Source of the DNA: Octopus bimaculoides
Lineage: Eukaryota
Assembly (NCBI RefSeq): GCF_001194135.2
Contig: NC_068993.1
Coordinates: 38,931,566 to 38,995,565 of the forward strand
Length of the DNA: 64,000 nucleotides
Reading direction: 5' to 3'
Each line of letters begins with the position of its first letter. The stretch's first letter is position 1. The notes beneath the pieces are model-generated. The model did not search any database, had not been told where the DNA came from, and saw only the letters and a program-made list of their open reading frames with translations. Positions 37,645-50,090 of this stretch are shown piece after piece. The position numbers were made by a program, and so were the translations under genes.

Positions 37645-38224
37645 AGACACGACAGAGCTGGGACCTATATACACTGGAAGCTATGCCAACATTATGGAAT
37701 AGCAACAGAAAAAAGATGGTATAAACACACGCCAGAAAAGGTCACAGAAAACGAGAAAGCAACCATACTCTGGGATATGCCAATACACACAGATAGAGAA
37801 ATTAAGGCAAATAGACCAGATATAGTTGTCAAAGATCATGAAGGAAAAAAATGCCTTCTAATTGATGTTTCAATACCAGCAGATGACAACGTTTCTCTAA
37901 AAGAAATGGAAAAACTTTCAAAATACAAAGACCTGGAAATAGAGATAACTCGAATGTGGAATCTAAAAACAGAAACAATTCCTATCATAGTAGGTGCCTT
38001 AGGTATAATAAAAAAATATTCAGACAAATACATAACAAAAACACCAGGACTTACAAATATATATAACATACAGAAAATTGCACTACTGGGTACTGCACAC
38101 ATTCTACGCAAAACACTTTCAATACAGTAAACATAAGAGCACCACAGCAAACCACAGCACATACCCAAGGCGCACAGAGCTGCGCTCGGTAGTGAAGTGA
38201 AAGCACGTTATAAAAATAAAACTA

Positions 38225-38229
<5 letters not shown>
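37645..38229 (+). mobile_element. 5'-truncated RLE-type non-LTR retrotransposon (HERO/NeSL-like)
   Basis: Uninterrupted frame 37645-38130: RHD..IHWKLC..WYKH..ILWD..RPDIVV..IDVSIP.D.N..KEMEKLSKYKDL..PIIVGALG..QKIALLGTAHILRKTL (PD-D/ExK nuclease); ~100-nt 3'UTR; (AAT)n on both sides. Confidence 0.9.
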
Positions 38230-38261
<32 letters not shown>

Positions 38262-38438
38262 TATATATCAATTCACAATTAACGTGAGGTCTTTTTAATT
38301 TTTTCTCACTAGCCCGCTTTCAGCCACGTGTATATTTTAGCTGGAGTTTTTGGTAGGTTTTGAAGGTATCGGCACTTCAAGCATGCTGGAGAAAAGTCGT
38401 CACGCCCGATCTCCCTTGATATAATTATATATATACAC

Positions 38439-38518
<80 letters not shown>

Positions 38519-38519
38519 T

Positions 38520-38877
38520 ACTCTTTTACTTGTTTCAGTCATTTGACTGCGGCCATGCTGGAACACTGCCTTTAGTCGAGCAAATCGACTCCGGGACTTA
38601 TTTTTATCGGTGTCTTTTACCGAGCCGCTAATTTACGGGGACGTAAGCACACCAGCATCGGTTGTCAAGCGATGTTGGGGGAACAAACATATACACACAC
38701 ACACACACACATACATATATACGACCGTATTCTTTCAGTTTCCATCTACCAAATCCACTCAGAAGGCTTTGGTCGGCCCGAGGCCATAGTAGAAGACACT
38801 TGCCCAAGATGCCACGCAGTGGGGCTGAACCCGGGACCATGTGGTTAGTAAGCAAGCTACTTACCACACAGCCACTC
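38520..38877 (-). mobile_element. CORE-like SINE family B
   Basis: Reverse complement of head GGCTGTGTGGTAAGTAGCTTGC.. through tail GACTGAAACAAGTAAAAGAG, with internal (CA)n. Confidence 0.88.
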
Positions 38878-38963
38878 ATATATATTTTTCACTTATATAT
38901 AGTCGGTATATTCTACTGATGGGTGTAAAGTAGTTTTTATTACAAAACACGAAATCTTAAAAT

Positions 38964-39110
38964 ATAGAGTTGTCCGAAATTTTTGTAAACCGTTTTGTCC
39001 ATTTCCTCGCTTTCAGCCTTGTTGCAGAAGGAGAACAAATTTTAGAGTGCTTTGTAGTCATTTGACATCTACTTCCATCGTATTGGCGTTGTTCCTCCAG
39101 TGCCCTTAAT
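38964..39110 (-). mobile_element. Possible mariner 3' end with TIR
   Basis: TA-TAGAGTTGTCCGAAA.. TIR-like start; minus frame GTTPIRWK*MSNDYKAL resembles the mariner C-terminus. Confidence 0.3.
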
Positions 39111-39456
39111 TATAATTACATATTTATAATTATAAACTTAAATATATATATCTTCGAAACGCCTAGCTGATGAAGGAAAAGTTCCATATGTGGCTTGTCT
39201 GTTTTCCTATGTGTACATTCTGTTGTCCGTAAAAAAAAGTTCGTTTTTTGGTGCTTTGTTTATGTTCCCGTTCCTTTTTGTTCACGTTTTTCGACGTCCT
39301 GTACCCGGATATGCATCTATATATACATGTAGATGTAGGTATGTACATATATGTATGCATATATCCATATGTTCACATATCATTTGTATTATTATATTAT
39401 CGAACCCTACGCGTCTGTTTGCAAGTAAGTTTTAACTACATATATATATATATATA

Positions 39457-39571
<115 letters not shown>

Positions 39572-40450
39572 ACATGCATATGTGTGTGTATGTATGTACA
39601 CGCTAATGTATATATATATTGATTGTTTTATATTTTTGTACGACGTAAACAAAAGCACATACACACAAGTATGCGTATGTGTGTGTGTACGCGCGCGCGT
39701 ACGTACGGTGTTTTAATTATTTATTTATTTTTTTGAAGTTAAAACCATAAATATTGTCTTACTAATGGAAATGAAACTCCATCATCTCGCAGCTCCCCTC
39801 TCTCTCTCTCCTCTCATCCTTAAAAGGATGACTTTAATTGTCCTAATTATGAGTTCATTTCATAGAAACGTCGTCACAGGTTGCATGACAGCATTATTGA
39901 ACAGAATACAGATTATTTCGTTTTTTTGTTTTTGTTTTAATAAATTTCTCCCTCAAAATCTAAAATATCTCTCGCCCTAAAATCTCTCTGAAGGAATTTG
40001 GAACACTATAACAATCACTTCATTTCCTGTTCCCCCTTAAATTCATGCCAATTCCATCCTTCCTTCCTAATATTTTCCTGAGATTTCTTTTAAAGTTTAA
40101 TTTATTTATTTGTTTGTCTTTATATTTTAAAAACTATTTTATTGTTTATTTATATTTTGTACTTGTGGAATTTTTTTTAAAAACCTGTTAAGAATCACAA
40201 ATTAAAATGCCATCAGGTTGTCTAAGACTGTACATATTTGCAAATTAATATTGCAAATCTTACTAAAATAATTAATATACTGTTTTCGTTATTATCATGC
40301 ATTTACACAAACATTCTTAATGATTTTTGTTTAAATTGTTAATTTTCGAAATTTGTTCTGCTGTTTTTTTTTTCACGTTTTTATACAATTATTTTATAAT
40401 TATTATTATTATGACATTATTTATATATGCAATTTTTAAAATTATTATTA

Positions 40451-40481
<31 letters not shown>

Positions 40482-41026
40482 ACTCCAGCTACCTTTTGAC
40501 ATGAAGAAAGAAAAATAATGATGAAAATATGTGCCGATTAACAGTTTCCAATTTCATAAAAGAGAAGCTATTTTCTATCAAATGATTCATTGAAAAATAG
40601 TTTCCGTCACAGAATATTCCATTTCCCTGACGCTCTTGTTTAGTGAGACATTCCTTCTCATCATCATTATCATTTCCCGCCCAAACCTACCCAACCCGTA
40701 CTTTCACTTTCTTTGTCTCTTTCTCTCTCTCTCTCTCCCTTTCTCTTTCTTTCAGCTTCCATGTGGTGTTGATGAGGAAAATGGGAGAGTGCAATGGATT
40801 AATAGAAACAACAACAACAGCAACACTAACAATAACAACAACAAACTTCACCAACAGCAACCACAGCCATCCAACCCTCACCCCCTCTTACCACAAATAA
40901 CAATCTTACCGATTATTTTCTTTCTTCTTTCATTTTGTTTTTCTTTTTTACATTGCTGATATACAAAATCGGTGATAAACTCATTCTATAGATTTCCAAT
41001 AGGAATGCTTCTTTGATATCATGCTG

Positions 41027-41078
<52 letters not shown>

Positions 41079-41124
41079 GATAAAGAAATTACTATTATTG
41101 TTATTGTTATTATTATTATAATTA

Positions 41125-41185
<61 letters not shown>

Positions 41186-42560
41186 CGNNNNNNNNNNNNN
41201 NNNNNNNNNNNNNNNNNNNNNNNNNNNNNNNNNNNNNNNNNNNNNNNNNNNNNNNNNNNNNNNNNNNNNNNNNNNNNNNNNNNNNNNNNNNNNNNNNNNN
41301 NNNNNNNNNNNNNNNNNNNNNNNNNNNNNNNNNNNNNNNNNNNNNNNNNNNNNNNNNNNNNNNNNNNNNNNNNNNNNNNNNNNNNNNNNNNNNNNNNNNN
41401 NNNNNNNNNNNNNNNNNNNNNNNNNNNNNNNNNNNNNNNNNNNNNNNNNNNNNNNNNNNNNNNNNNNNNNNNNNNNNNNNNNNNNNNNNNNNNNNNNNNN
41501 NNNNNNNNNNNNNNNNNNNNNNNNNNNNNNNNNNNNNNNNNNNNNNNNNNNNNNNNNNNNNNNNNNNNNNNNNNNNNNNNNNNNNNNNNNNNNNNNNNNN
41601 NNNNNNNNNNNNNNNNNNNNNNNNNNNNNNNNNNNNNNNNNNNNNNNNNNNNNNNNNNNNNNNNNNNNNNNNNNNNNNNNNNNNNNNNNNNNNNNNNNNN
41701 NNNNNNNNNNNNNNNNNNNNNNNNNNNNNNNNNNNNNNNNNNNNNNNNNNNNNNNNNNNNNNNNNNNNNNNNNNNNNNNNNNNNNNNNNNNNNNNNNNNN
41801 NNNNNNNNNNNNNNNNNNNNNNNNNNNNNNNNNNNNNNNNNNNNNNNNNNNNNNNNNNNNNNNNNNNNNNNNNNNNNNNNNNNNNNNNNNNNNNNNNNNN
41901 NNNNNNNNNNNNNNNNNNNNNNNNNNNNNNNNNNNNNNNNNNNNNNNNNNNNNNNNNNNNNNNNNNNNNNNNNNNNNNNNNNNNNNNNNNNNNNNNNNNN
42001 NNNNNNNNNNNNNNNNNNNNNNNNNNNNNNNNNNNNNNNNNNNNNNNNNNNNNNNNNNNNNNNNNNNNNNNNNNNNNNNNNNNNNNNNNNNNNNNNNNNN
42101 NNNNNNNNNNNNNNNNNNNNNNATATATATATATATATATATATACATGCATAGACACACATTTATATACACACATGTATACATATATAACATGCACGGA
42201 CACACGTACACACGTTCATTATATTTTGGATTTTCAATGTGTTATTGTTGTTAATTTCATATTGGCAAATCGGTACAGAATTAATAGAACCAGCTCCTAA
42301 CTATTAATGCAACATATTTTATATCCTCTTTTCTGTGTTTCTCAGTTCAAATGCCAATATTTTATTCCGGTTCTGTCTTCATGTGCAAACTATATTATCG
42401 TGGATTAGCCTCAAATCTGTCTGTTCTAATCTAGCACTCAAAAGGATTATCGCAGTGAAAGTCCGTTCACCGTCTTCCGGACATAGAAGTGTATCAAGGG
42501 CTAAATTATCAAGTGTGGCATCATCATGATCATGATCATGATCATCATGTGTGTGTGTGT

Positions 42561-42616
<56 letters not shown>

Positions 42617-43324
42617 NNNNNNNNNNNNNNNNNNNNNNNNNNNNNNNNNNNNNNNNNNNNNNNNNNNNNNNNNNNNNNNNNNNNNNNNNNNNNNNNNNNN
42701 NNNNNNNNNNNNNNNNNNNNNNNNNNNNNNNNNNNNNNNNNNNNNNNNNNNNNNNNNNNNNNNNNNNNNNNNNNNNNNNNNNNNNNNNNNNNNNNNNNNN
42801 NNNNNNNNNNNNNNNNNNNNNNNNNNNNNNNNNNNNNNNNNNNNNNNNNNNNNNNNNNNNNNNNNNNNNNNNNNNNNNNNNNNNNNNNNNNNNNNNNNNN
42901 NNNNNNNNNNNNNNNNNNNNNNNNNNNNNNNNNNNNNNNNNNNNNNNNNNNNNNNNNNNNNNNNNNNNNNNNNNNNNNNNNNNNNNNNNNNNNNNNNNNN
43001 NNNNNNNNNNNNNNNNNNNNNNNNNNNNNNNNNNNNNNNNNNNNNNNNNNNNNNNNNNNNNNNNNNNNNNNNNNNNNNNNNNNNNNNNNNNNNNNNNNNN
43101 NNNNNNNNNNNNNNNNNNNNNNNNNNNNNNNNNNNNNNNNNNNNNNNNNNNNNNNNNNNNNNNNNNNNNNNNNNNNNNNNNNNNNNNNNNNNNNNNNNNN
43201 NNNNNNNNNNNNNNNNNNNNNNNNNNNNNNNNNNNNNNNNNNNNNNNNNNNNNNNNNNNNNNNNNNNNNNNNNNNNNNNNNNNNNNNNNNNNNNNNNNNN
43301 NNNNNGCACATAAAATACACCATT

Positions 43325-43554
43325 TTGAGCGTGGCAGTTGCCAGTACCGCCTGACTGGCCTTCGTGCGGGTGACACGTAAAAGCACCCACTACACTCTCT
43401 GAGTGGTTGGTGTTAGGAAGGGCATCCAGCTGTAGAAACCCTGCCAAATCAGATTGGAGCCTGGTGTTGCCATCCTGTTTCACCAGTCTTCAATCAAATC
43501 GTCCAACCCATGCTAGCATGGAAAGCGGACGTTAAACGATGATGATGATGATGA

Positions 43555-43556
<2 letters not shown>
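43325..43556 (+). mobile_element. SINE/LINE 3' tail ending in (GAT)n, RTE-type
   Basis: AAAAGCACCCACTACACTC..GGTGTTAGGAAGGGCATCCAGCTGTAGAAAC..CCATGCTAGCATGGAAAGCGGACGTTAAACGATGATGATG; a partial copy lies at 63372-63490. Confidence 0.8.
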
Positions 43557-43590
<34 letters not shown>

Positions 43591-44056
43591 GTGTTGGTGC
43601 GTGTATGCGTGTGTATGTGAGTGTATGTTTATATATGCTTATATGAAGTCACGTGGCTTAGTGGTTAAATAATTAAGTGCTCAATTAGCGCTTTCATACC
43701 ATCGTAGTAATCAACAGATCAGCGGAGCAGTTTCTGAATTCTCTACCATGCAATAAAAGGTTCTCTTGATGATTCAATGCGGTTAGGCATCCAATTGAAG
43801 TTGGAACATCCGATGTTGAGCTCCAGATACATGCAGAGCTGAAACGCACGTTGAAATTAAGTACTTGTACAGGTGTTTATCTTAATTTCCCCGCACCACC
43901 ACAGAAATATAGAATAGTGATACAACAATGCACTAATATTTACCGTAAATTGTAGTCTATAATATACGACGCTATAGTAAAGCTTCACTGTATATGTATA
44001 CTGGCATCTTTGCCAGTATATATACAAAATATAATATAATATAATATAATATAATA

Positions 44057-44166
44057 TGACAATTATTCGGTAGCCATAATAAGACTCTGAGTTTCGGATG
44101 TCGGAGCGGAAAACTGCTCCGAGATCCGAAACTCAGAGTCTTATTATGCCAACCGAATAACTGTCA
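44057..44166. other. 110-nt near-perfect inverted repeat (hairpin)
   Basis: TGACAATTATTCGGTAGCCATAATAAGACTCTGAGTTTCGGATGTCGGAGCGG-AAAA-CTGCTCCGAGATCCGAAACTCAGAGTCTTATTATGCCAACCGAATAACTGTCA: 53-bp arms with about 4 mismatches and one G-U. Confidence 0.92.
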
Positions 44167-45257
44167 CATATGATATTACAGATAAATTCCTCTATTTACA
44201 TAATATCGAGGTCTCATTCGTTCTTTTGTTATCTTACCATTACTATTANNNNNNNNNNNNNNNNNNNNNNNNNNNNNNNNNNNNNNNNNNNNNNNNNNNN
44301 NNNNNNNNNNNNNNNNNNNNNNNNNNNNNNNNNNNNNNNNNNNNNNNNNNNNNNNNNNNNNNNNNNNNNNNNNNNNNNNNNNNNNNNNNNNNNNNNNNNN
44401 NNNNNNNNNNNNNNNNNNNNNNNNNNNNNNNNNNNNNNNNNNNNNNNNNNNNNNNNNNNNNNNNNNNNNNNNNNNNNNNNNNNNNNNNNNNNNNNNNNNN
44501 NNNNNNNNNNNNNNNNNNNNNNNNNNNNNNNNNNNNNNNNNNNNNNNNNNNNNNNNNNNNNNNNNNNNNNNNNNNNNNNNNNNNNNNNNNNNNNNNNNNN
44601 NNNNNNNNNNNNNNNNNNNNNNNNNNNNNNNNNNNNNNNNNNNNNNNNNNNNNNNNNNNNNNNNNNNNNNNNNNNNNNNNNNNNNNNNNNNNNNNNNNNN
44701 NNNNNNNNNNNTGCACGTACATGCACATGTAATATAATACAGTATATCTTAAATCATATTTATATGTGTTTAAAAATGTGTTCGTGTTTGTGTAAGGGAC
44801 TAATTCTGAAGGAAAATTCATCACAGGTCAAACGTGTCAAAGGTAAATCTCTTTACTTAATGAGAACTGTGACCTGTTACGAATGACCACACATACAAAC
44901 ACCCACTAACACACTCACACACACACAAGCACAAGCACATATGCACACACATCACTACAGCCACCCTAAAAAGTAAAAAGAACATATAAAAAACATTACT
45001 TCCATCCTCGCTCTCCACCCCCAAACTAACTAATAGTTCTACGTGTCAAAGAATTCTATACTGTGGTGTCAGGTATTTTCTCCCTGAACTTCTCAATGGC
45101 TTTCACTTCTATTCAATGCACCAAATTGACGTTGATGGATGGCGCTTACTACACTTGTTTTTCAACACAGATTAGATATTACGATTTCTTTCGTTTTTTC
45201 TTTCTTTCTTTCTCTTTTTCCCCCAACGCCGTTGCAATCTTCGTCACACCATCAACT

Positions 45258-45571
45258 TGTTGTTGTTGTTGTTGTTGTTGTTCTTCTTCTTCTTCTTCTT
45301 CTTCTTCTTCTTCTTCTTCTTCTATTTCTTCTTTTTCTTCGTCTTCTTCTTCTTCTTCTTCTTCTTCTTCTTCTTCTTCTTCTTCTTCTTCTTCTTCTTC
45401 TTCTTCTTCTTCATTTGTTGTCTTTGTTTCTTAATTTCTTTTTTGTCTTCAGTTTTTCTTCTTCCACATCACCTCCTTCGCATCATCATGATCATGGTCA
45501 TGATCATATTATTATTATTATTATTACTATTATTATTATTGTTGTTGTTGTTGTTATTGTTGCTGCTACTG

Positions 45572-45606
<35 letters not shown>

Positions 45607-45659
45607 GTTGTTGTTATTATTNNNNNNNNNNATTATTATTATTATTATTATTATTGTTG

Positions 45660-45712
<53 letters not shown>

Positions 45713-45750
45713 GTTGTTGTTATTATCATTATTATTATTATTATTTAATA
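45258..45750. repeat. (GTT)n/(CTT)n/(TAT)n compound microsatellite
   Basis: Direct inspection. Confidence 0.95.
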
Positions 45751-46228
45751 GCCGCAATAACAAGAAACAACAACGTATAGAAACAGCCAAAACCTTTTAA
45801 AAAAAACCCTATTCCAAAAAAGAAACAACGGCAACAATATCAAAACAGATTATATATAATTTGATTTAATAAATAAATAAACAATAAAATTTATTAATGA
45901 ATAAATAAATAAATAAATAAAATGTGAACTACAAATTTCTAATTCAAATGATTGATCTTTTGGCATCATGTCAGGCTAAAGTTCATAAACTCAACAGAAC
46001 TGGTAATGAAGATCCTTCTCGAAGGTATTTCATCTTGGTTAGGATATAAAGGATAAAAGTTACGCATATTATTGGTGATATTGTGTTAGGCTAGGAGTGT
46101 GAGAGATACAAGTTCGGTTTATTCCTTTTTTCGTGTGTTACATTTAGTTTATCTTCCCTTTTTCCTCACTTGACAACTACGGCATATTTATTATATCTCT
46201 GTATCTTGGTTATTCTGTATGCATGCGT

Positions 46229-46612
46229 GGAGGCGCAATGGCCCGGTGGTTAGGGCAGCGGACTCGCGTTCGTAGGATCGCAGTTTCGATTCCCAGACCG
46301 AGCGTTGTGAGTGTTTATTGAGCGAAAACACCTAAAGCTCCACGAGGCTCCGGCAGGGGATGGTGGCGAACCTTGCTGTACTCTTCCACCACAACTTTCT
46401 CTCACTCTTTCTTCCTGTTTCTGTTGTACCTGTATTTCAAAGGGTCAGCCTTGTCACACTGTGTCACGCTGAATATCCCCGAGAACTACGTTAAGGGTAC
46501 ACGTGTCTGTGGAGTGCTCAGCCACTTGCACGTTAATTTCACGAGCAGGCTGTTCCGTTGATCGGATCAACTGGAACCCTCGACGTCATAAGCGACGGAG
46601 TGCCAACAACAA
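46229..46612 (+). mobile_element. tRNA-derived SINE family C, full length
   Basis: Head GGAGGCGCAATGGCCCGGTGGTTAGGGCAGCGGAC..TTTCGATTCCC; ends GGAGTGCCAACAACAA; near-identical inverted copy at 53025-53317. Confidence 0.9.
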
Positions 46613-46719
46613 GCGTATGTGCATGAGAATTTTGCATCTGGATTTGTCAATATCAGTAAGGTGATAGCCATATAAACAATCAGATCTACAGCAGTTCGAT
46701 TCGTGCGGTTTACTATATC

Positions 46720-46903
46720 CAGTGCTCTGCGACCGGTATACTGTGGCACACTGGTGTGCCACGAGACGATGTTAGGTGTGCCGTAGTATAACCTGAATAT
46801 AATTTTTCCCTATACTTTTAGTTATAATTTTAATTCAAGTGTGCCGCCGAATTTTGAAAAGAATATAAGTGTACCGCTAGTGAAAATATAGTACAGATCA
46901 CTG
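46720..46903. mobile_element. hAT (Buster/Charlie-like) MITE
   Basis: Ends CAGTGCTCTG / CAGATCACTG; internal GTGGCACACTGGTGTGCC and GTGTGCCGCCG motifs; 8-bp direct repeat TACTATAT at 46711-46718 and 46904-46911 with central TA (one extra C on the left side). Confidence 0.7.
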
Positions 46904-47004
46904 TACTATATGACCGCCATGCTTTTATCGCAGACGTGTAATGTAAAAATAGTTCGTGGCAATTAGTGTTAATGAAAATGATTAAACTTATCGAGAGCAA
47001 CAGC

Positions 47005-47443
47005 TCCTTAAATTTGTTGGGAGGGAGAAGCCGATTATATCGAATCCAGTGCTCGACCGGTACTTGTTTCATCGACCCCGAAAGTATAAAAAGGAAAAGT
47101 CGACATCGGCGGAATTTGAACTCAAAACGTAAAGAAAGATGAAATGCCGCTAAGCATTTTGCGCAGCACGCTAACGATTCTACCAGCTAGACGCCTTCGC
47201 AACAACAACAACAACAATACTAATAATGGTTTCAAATTTTGACACAAGGCTAGCAATTTTGCAGGGAGGGAAAGAGTCGATCACATTGACCCCCAATGCT
47301 CCACTGGTACTTAATTTATCGACCTCGAAAAAACGAAAGGCAAAATCGACCTCGGCAGAATGTGAACTCAGAACGTAATGACGGACGAAATGGTTCTAAG
47401 CATTTTGCCCGATGTGCAAACGATTCTACCAGCTCACCATCTT
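47005..47443 (-). mobile_element. Two tandem SINE family A copies
   Basis: Reverse-complement cores at ~47070 and ~47320, separated by (CAA)n. Confidence 0.88.
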
Positions 47444-47875
47444 AACAACAACAACAACGGTAACAATACTACTAATAATACGAATAATAATAACAACAGT
47501 ATCAAAAGGCAATACTGCTCCTTTGCATACGAAATATGAAAATAGATTTTTAAAATTAATAACAGTCAAAAAAAAAAAAAATTCTATAAATAAAAAATTC
47601 CTGGACAATCAGCCAACGGTATCCGAAGAAACAGGTTTTCCCAGACAGTTCTAGCATGCTGAAAGAACTCACTTGGCTGGCTAAATTATTGAAGCATAAC
47701 ATTATGGCTGGAAAATGGTTACCATATGAAATCTGTAGTGTAACCATAAACGTTGTAACAAGATATCGATAGGAAATATTAATTTAGCGCATGATCAATC
47801 AAATCTGGACCTTCAAAAAAATATACTTTTTAAAGGACAAAAAAAAAATAGCGTCCCATATTATTCAGGGGGGCA

Positions 47876-48181
47876 AAAGGCAGCGAGCTGACAGAATCGT
47901 TAGCACGCCGGGCGAAATGGTTAGAAGTATTTCGTCTGTCTTTACGTTCTGAGTTCAAATTCCGCCGAAGTCGACTTTGCCTTTCGTCCTTTCAGGGTCG
48001 ATAAATTAAGTACCAGTTGCGTACTAGGGTCGACCCAATCGACTGCCCCCTCCCCCCACCCAAATTTCAGGCCTTGTGCCTATAGTAGAAAGGATTATTA
48101 AGGCGGCGAGCTGGCAGAATCGCTTGCACGCTGGGTGAAATGCTCGACGGTATTTCGTCCATCCTTACGTTCTGAGTTCAA
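47876..48181 (+). mobile_element. Two tandem SINE family A copies (second truncated by gap)
   Basis: AAGGCAGCGAGCTGACAG.. and AAGGCGGCGAGCTGGCAG.. Confidence 0.9.
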
Positions 48182-48556
48182 NNNNNNNNNNNNNNNNNNN
48201 NNNNNNNNNNNNNNNNNNNNNNNNNNNNNNNNNNNNNNNNNNNNNNNNNNNNNNNNNNNNNNNNNNNNNNNNNNNNNNNNNNNNNNNNNNNNNNNNNNNN
48301 NNNNNNNNNNNNNNNNNNNNNNNNNNNNNNNNNNNNNNNNNNNNNNNNNNNNNNNNNNNNNNNNNNATTACATATCGTGTTTTTGTGTTATTTTCTTTTA
48401 CTGACTGTCCAACTGCTCAATCAATTATTTTTTTTTCAACTCCAAATTCATATAAAGAGTTACTTTCTTCCTCAAGGCTGAAAGGCACACTATTTTTCCT
48501 ATTATCATTACAAGTGTCTTAGTACTGTTTTCAAATTTTAGAATAAAGAATTTTAT

Positions 48557-48639
48557 CTCAGAACGTAAAGACGGACGAAATGTCATTAAGCATTTTGCCC
48601 AGCGTGCTGGCGGTTCGCGGTTCTGCCAGCTCGCCGCCT
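48557..48639 (-). mobile_element. SINE family A head
   Basis: CTCAGAACGTAAAGACGGACGAAATG..CTGCCAGCTCGCCGCCTT. Confidence 0.8.
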
Positions 48640-49029
48640 TACACTTGTCTTAATATCATCACCACGTCGAGAAATACATTCTTTGCCTACGCATACAAAT
48701 TTGTTTCGTTTAGTATATCTTCTTGTTCGCCACACAACTCGTCTTTGCTTACCGTTCAGTCTATAGACCAAATTTTTTTTTGTTGCTGTCCTCACTGCAA
48801 TGCTTTCTTTCCTGGTTCATCTATCAGGTCCATTCGTCTATGCTCTAGCGGCTTACATTAAAGACATCACGAAATTGAACAATATTGTTGAAATAGTTAA
48901 TAAGAATGCTTACTGCACAGTTACTTAACTCGCTAGAAATGAGGACTAAATTCTCTCAAATCTCAATCAATTCACTTTAAAAAATGAATGAAGATAGGCA
49001 CATTTGATAATGTAGTCCTAAATATACAC

Positions 49030-49216
49030 AAAATGGCGTGTTTGCGTGATAAGAAGTTTGGTTCCCCTCTACAAAGTTCAAGTTTCCGTCCCCCTGCATG
49101 GTACCTTGGGCAAGTGTCTTCTTCTATAGCTTCGGGCCGACTAAAATATTGTGAGTGGATTTCGTAGAGGGAAACAGAAAGAAACCCCTTATATATGTTT
49201 TTGTGTGTGCGTCTGT

Positions 49217-49259
<43 letters not shown>

Positions 49260-49460
49260 GGCGCCTTTTTGTTTGTATTTGTCCCCCCACCACCGCTTCC
49301 CAGCCGGTGCTCGTGTGCTTACATTCCCATAACATAGCGGTTCGGCAAAAGAAATCGTGCTTAAAAATATATAAGTACTGGGGTCGAATCATTCGAATAA
49401 AAATTCTTCAAGGCGGTGCCCCAGCATGACCGCAGTCTAATGCCTGAAACAAGATAAAAG
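49030..49460 (+). mobile_element. CORE-like SINE family B
   Basis: CCTTGGGCAAGTGTCTTC core, internal (GT)n, tail CCAGCATGACCGCAGTC..TGAAACAAG. Confidence 0.85.
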
Positions 49461-49625
49461 ATATTAAATAAAAGGAGGTAATAGTTACGTTTGGTATGTC
49501 ATTTATCATATACCTGCTCGATGAAGCTTCACCTGGGTCTGCAAAGCAGCAACAATCTCACTGATACGCTTCGGTCATTAGTCCTTCTTCAACGCCACAG
49601 TAACTTCTCTGTTTCTAAACGATAG

Positions 49626-49697
49626 TCAACAAATGGATCTCAAGGTTAATCCACTGGATCCTCAGAAAGTGAAAACTAGTCCGCGCTCATCAACAGT
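49626..49697 (+). other. Candidate 72-nt symmetric exon (QQMDLKVNPLDPQKVKTSPRSST)
   Basis: TTCTCTGTTTCTAAACGATAG acceptor, CAGT|GTAAGT donor, single open frame, phase 2-2. Confidence 0.2.
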
Positions 49698-50059
49698 GTA
49701 AGTACAATTTAGTTACATTCAGACCGCAAGTCTTCCATTAGACAGGGGCGTATGCTAACAATTGGAGATGGCTTACATTCAGTTAAAGGACAGAGGACGA
49801 TAATTTTGAAAGGAAGACGAAGAAAAGAGTACATTATTTCACTCTGCCTAATCCTCTCACCGCCATCCCTTTCCATCGACCTCTCGTTGTCTGTATCCTG
49901 TATCTTATCTTCAAATACTCGTACCTGCCCTTTGCACTTCTGGCAATCTGTTCATTTCAGAGCTACAATAATCTGGAACAGTCGATTACTTCCAGAATGA
50001 TTATGTAGAAGTTTAGTAGACCATTCAGAACTGAAAGTTACCAAAATCTGGCATAGCAT

Positions 50060-50090
<31 letters not shown>

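Noticed and set aside
39160-39200. GAAAC..CTGATGA hammerhead-like words
   Set aside because: Order and spacing do not allow stems I and III, and no GAAA follows the stem after CTGATGA
42335-42540. Coding-looking frames on both strands (TLDNLALDTLLCPEDGERTF...)
   Set aside because: No recognisable homology or paired splice sites; abuts microsatellite and gap
41013-43483. 300-400 aa ORFs
   Set aside because: Made of N-gap X residues plus flanking microsatellites; the same applies at 12.4-13.1, 44.2-44.9, 51.7-53.1, 58.4-58.9 and 61.4-62.1 kb
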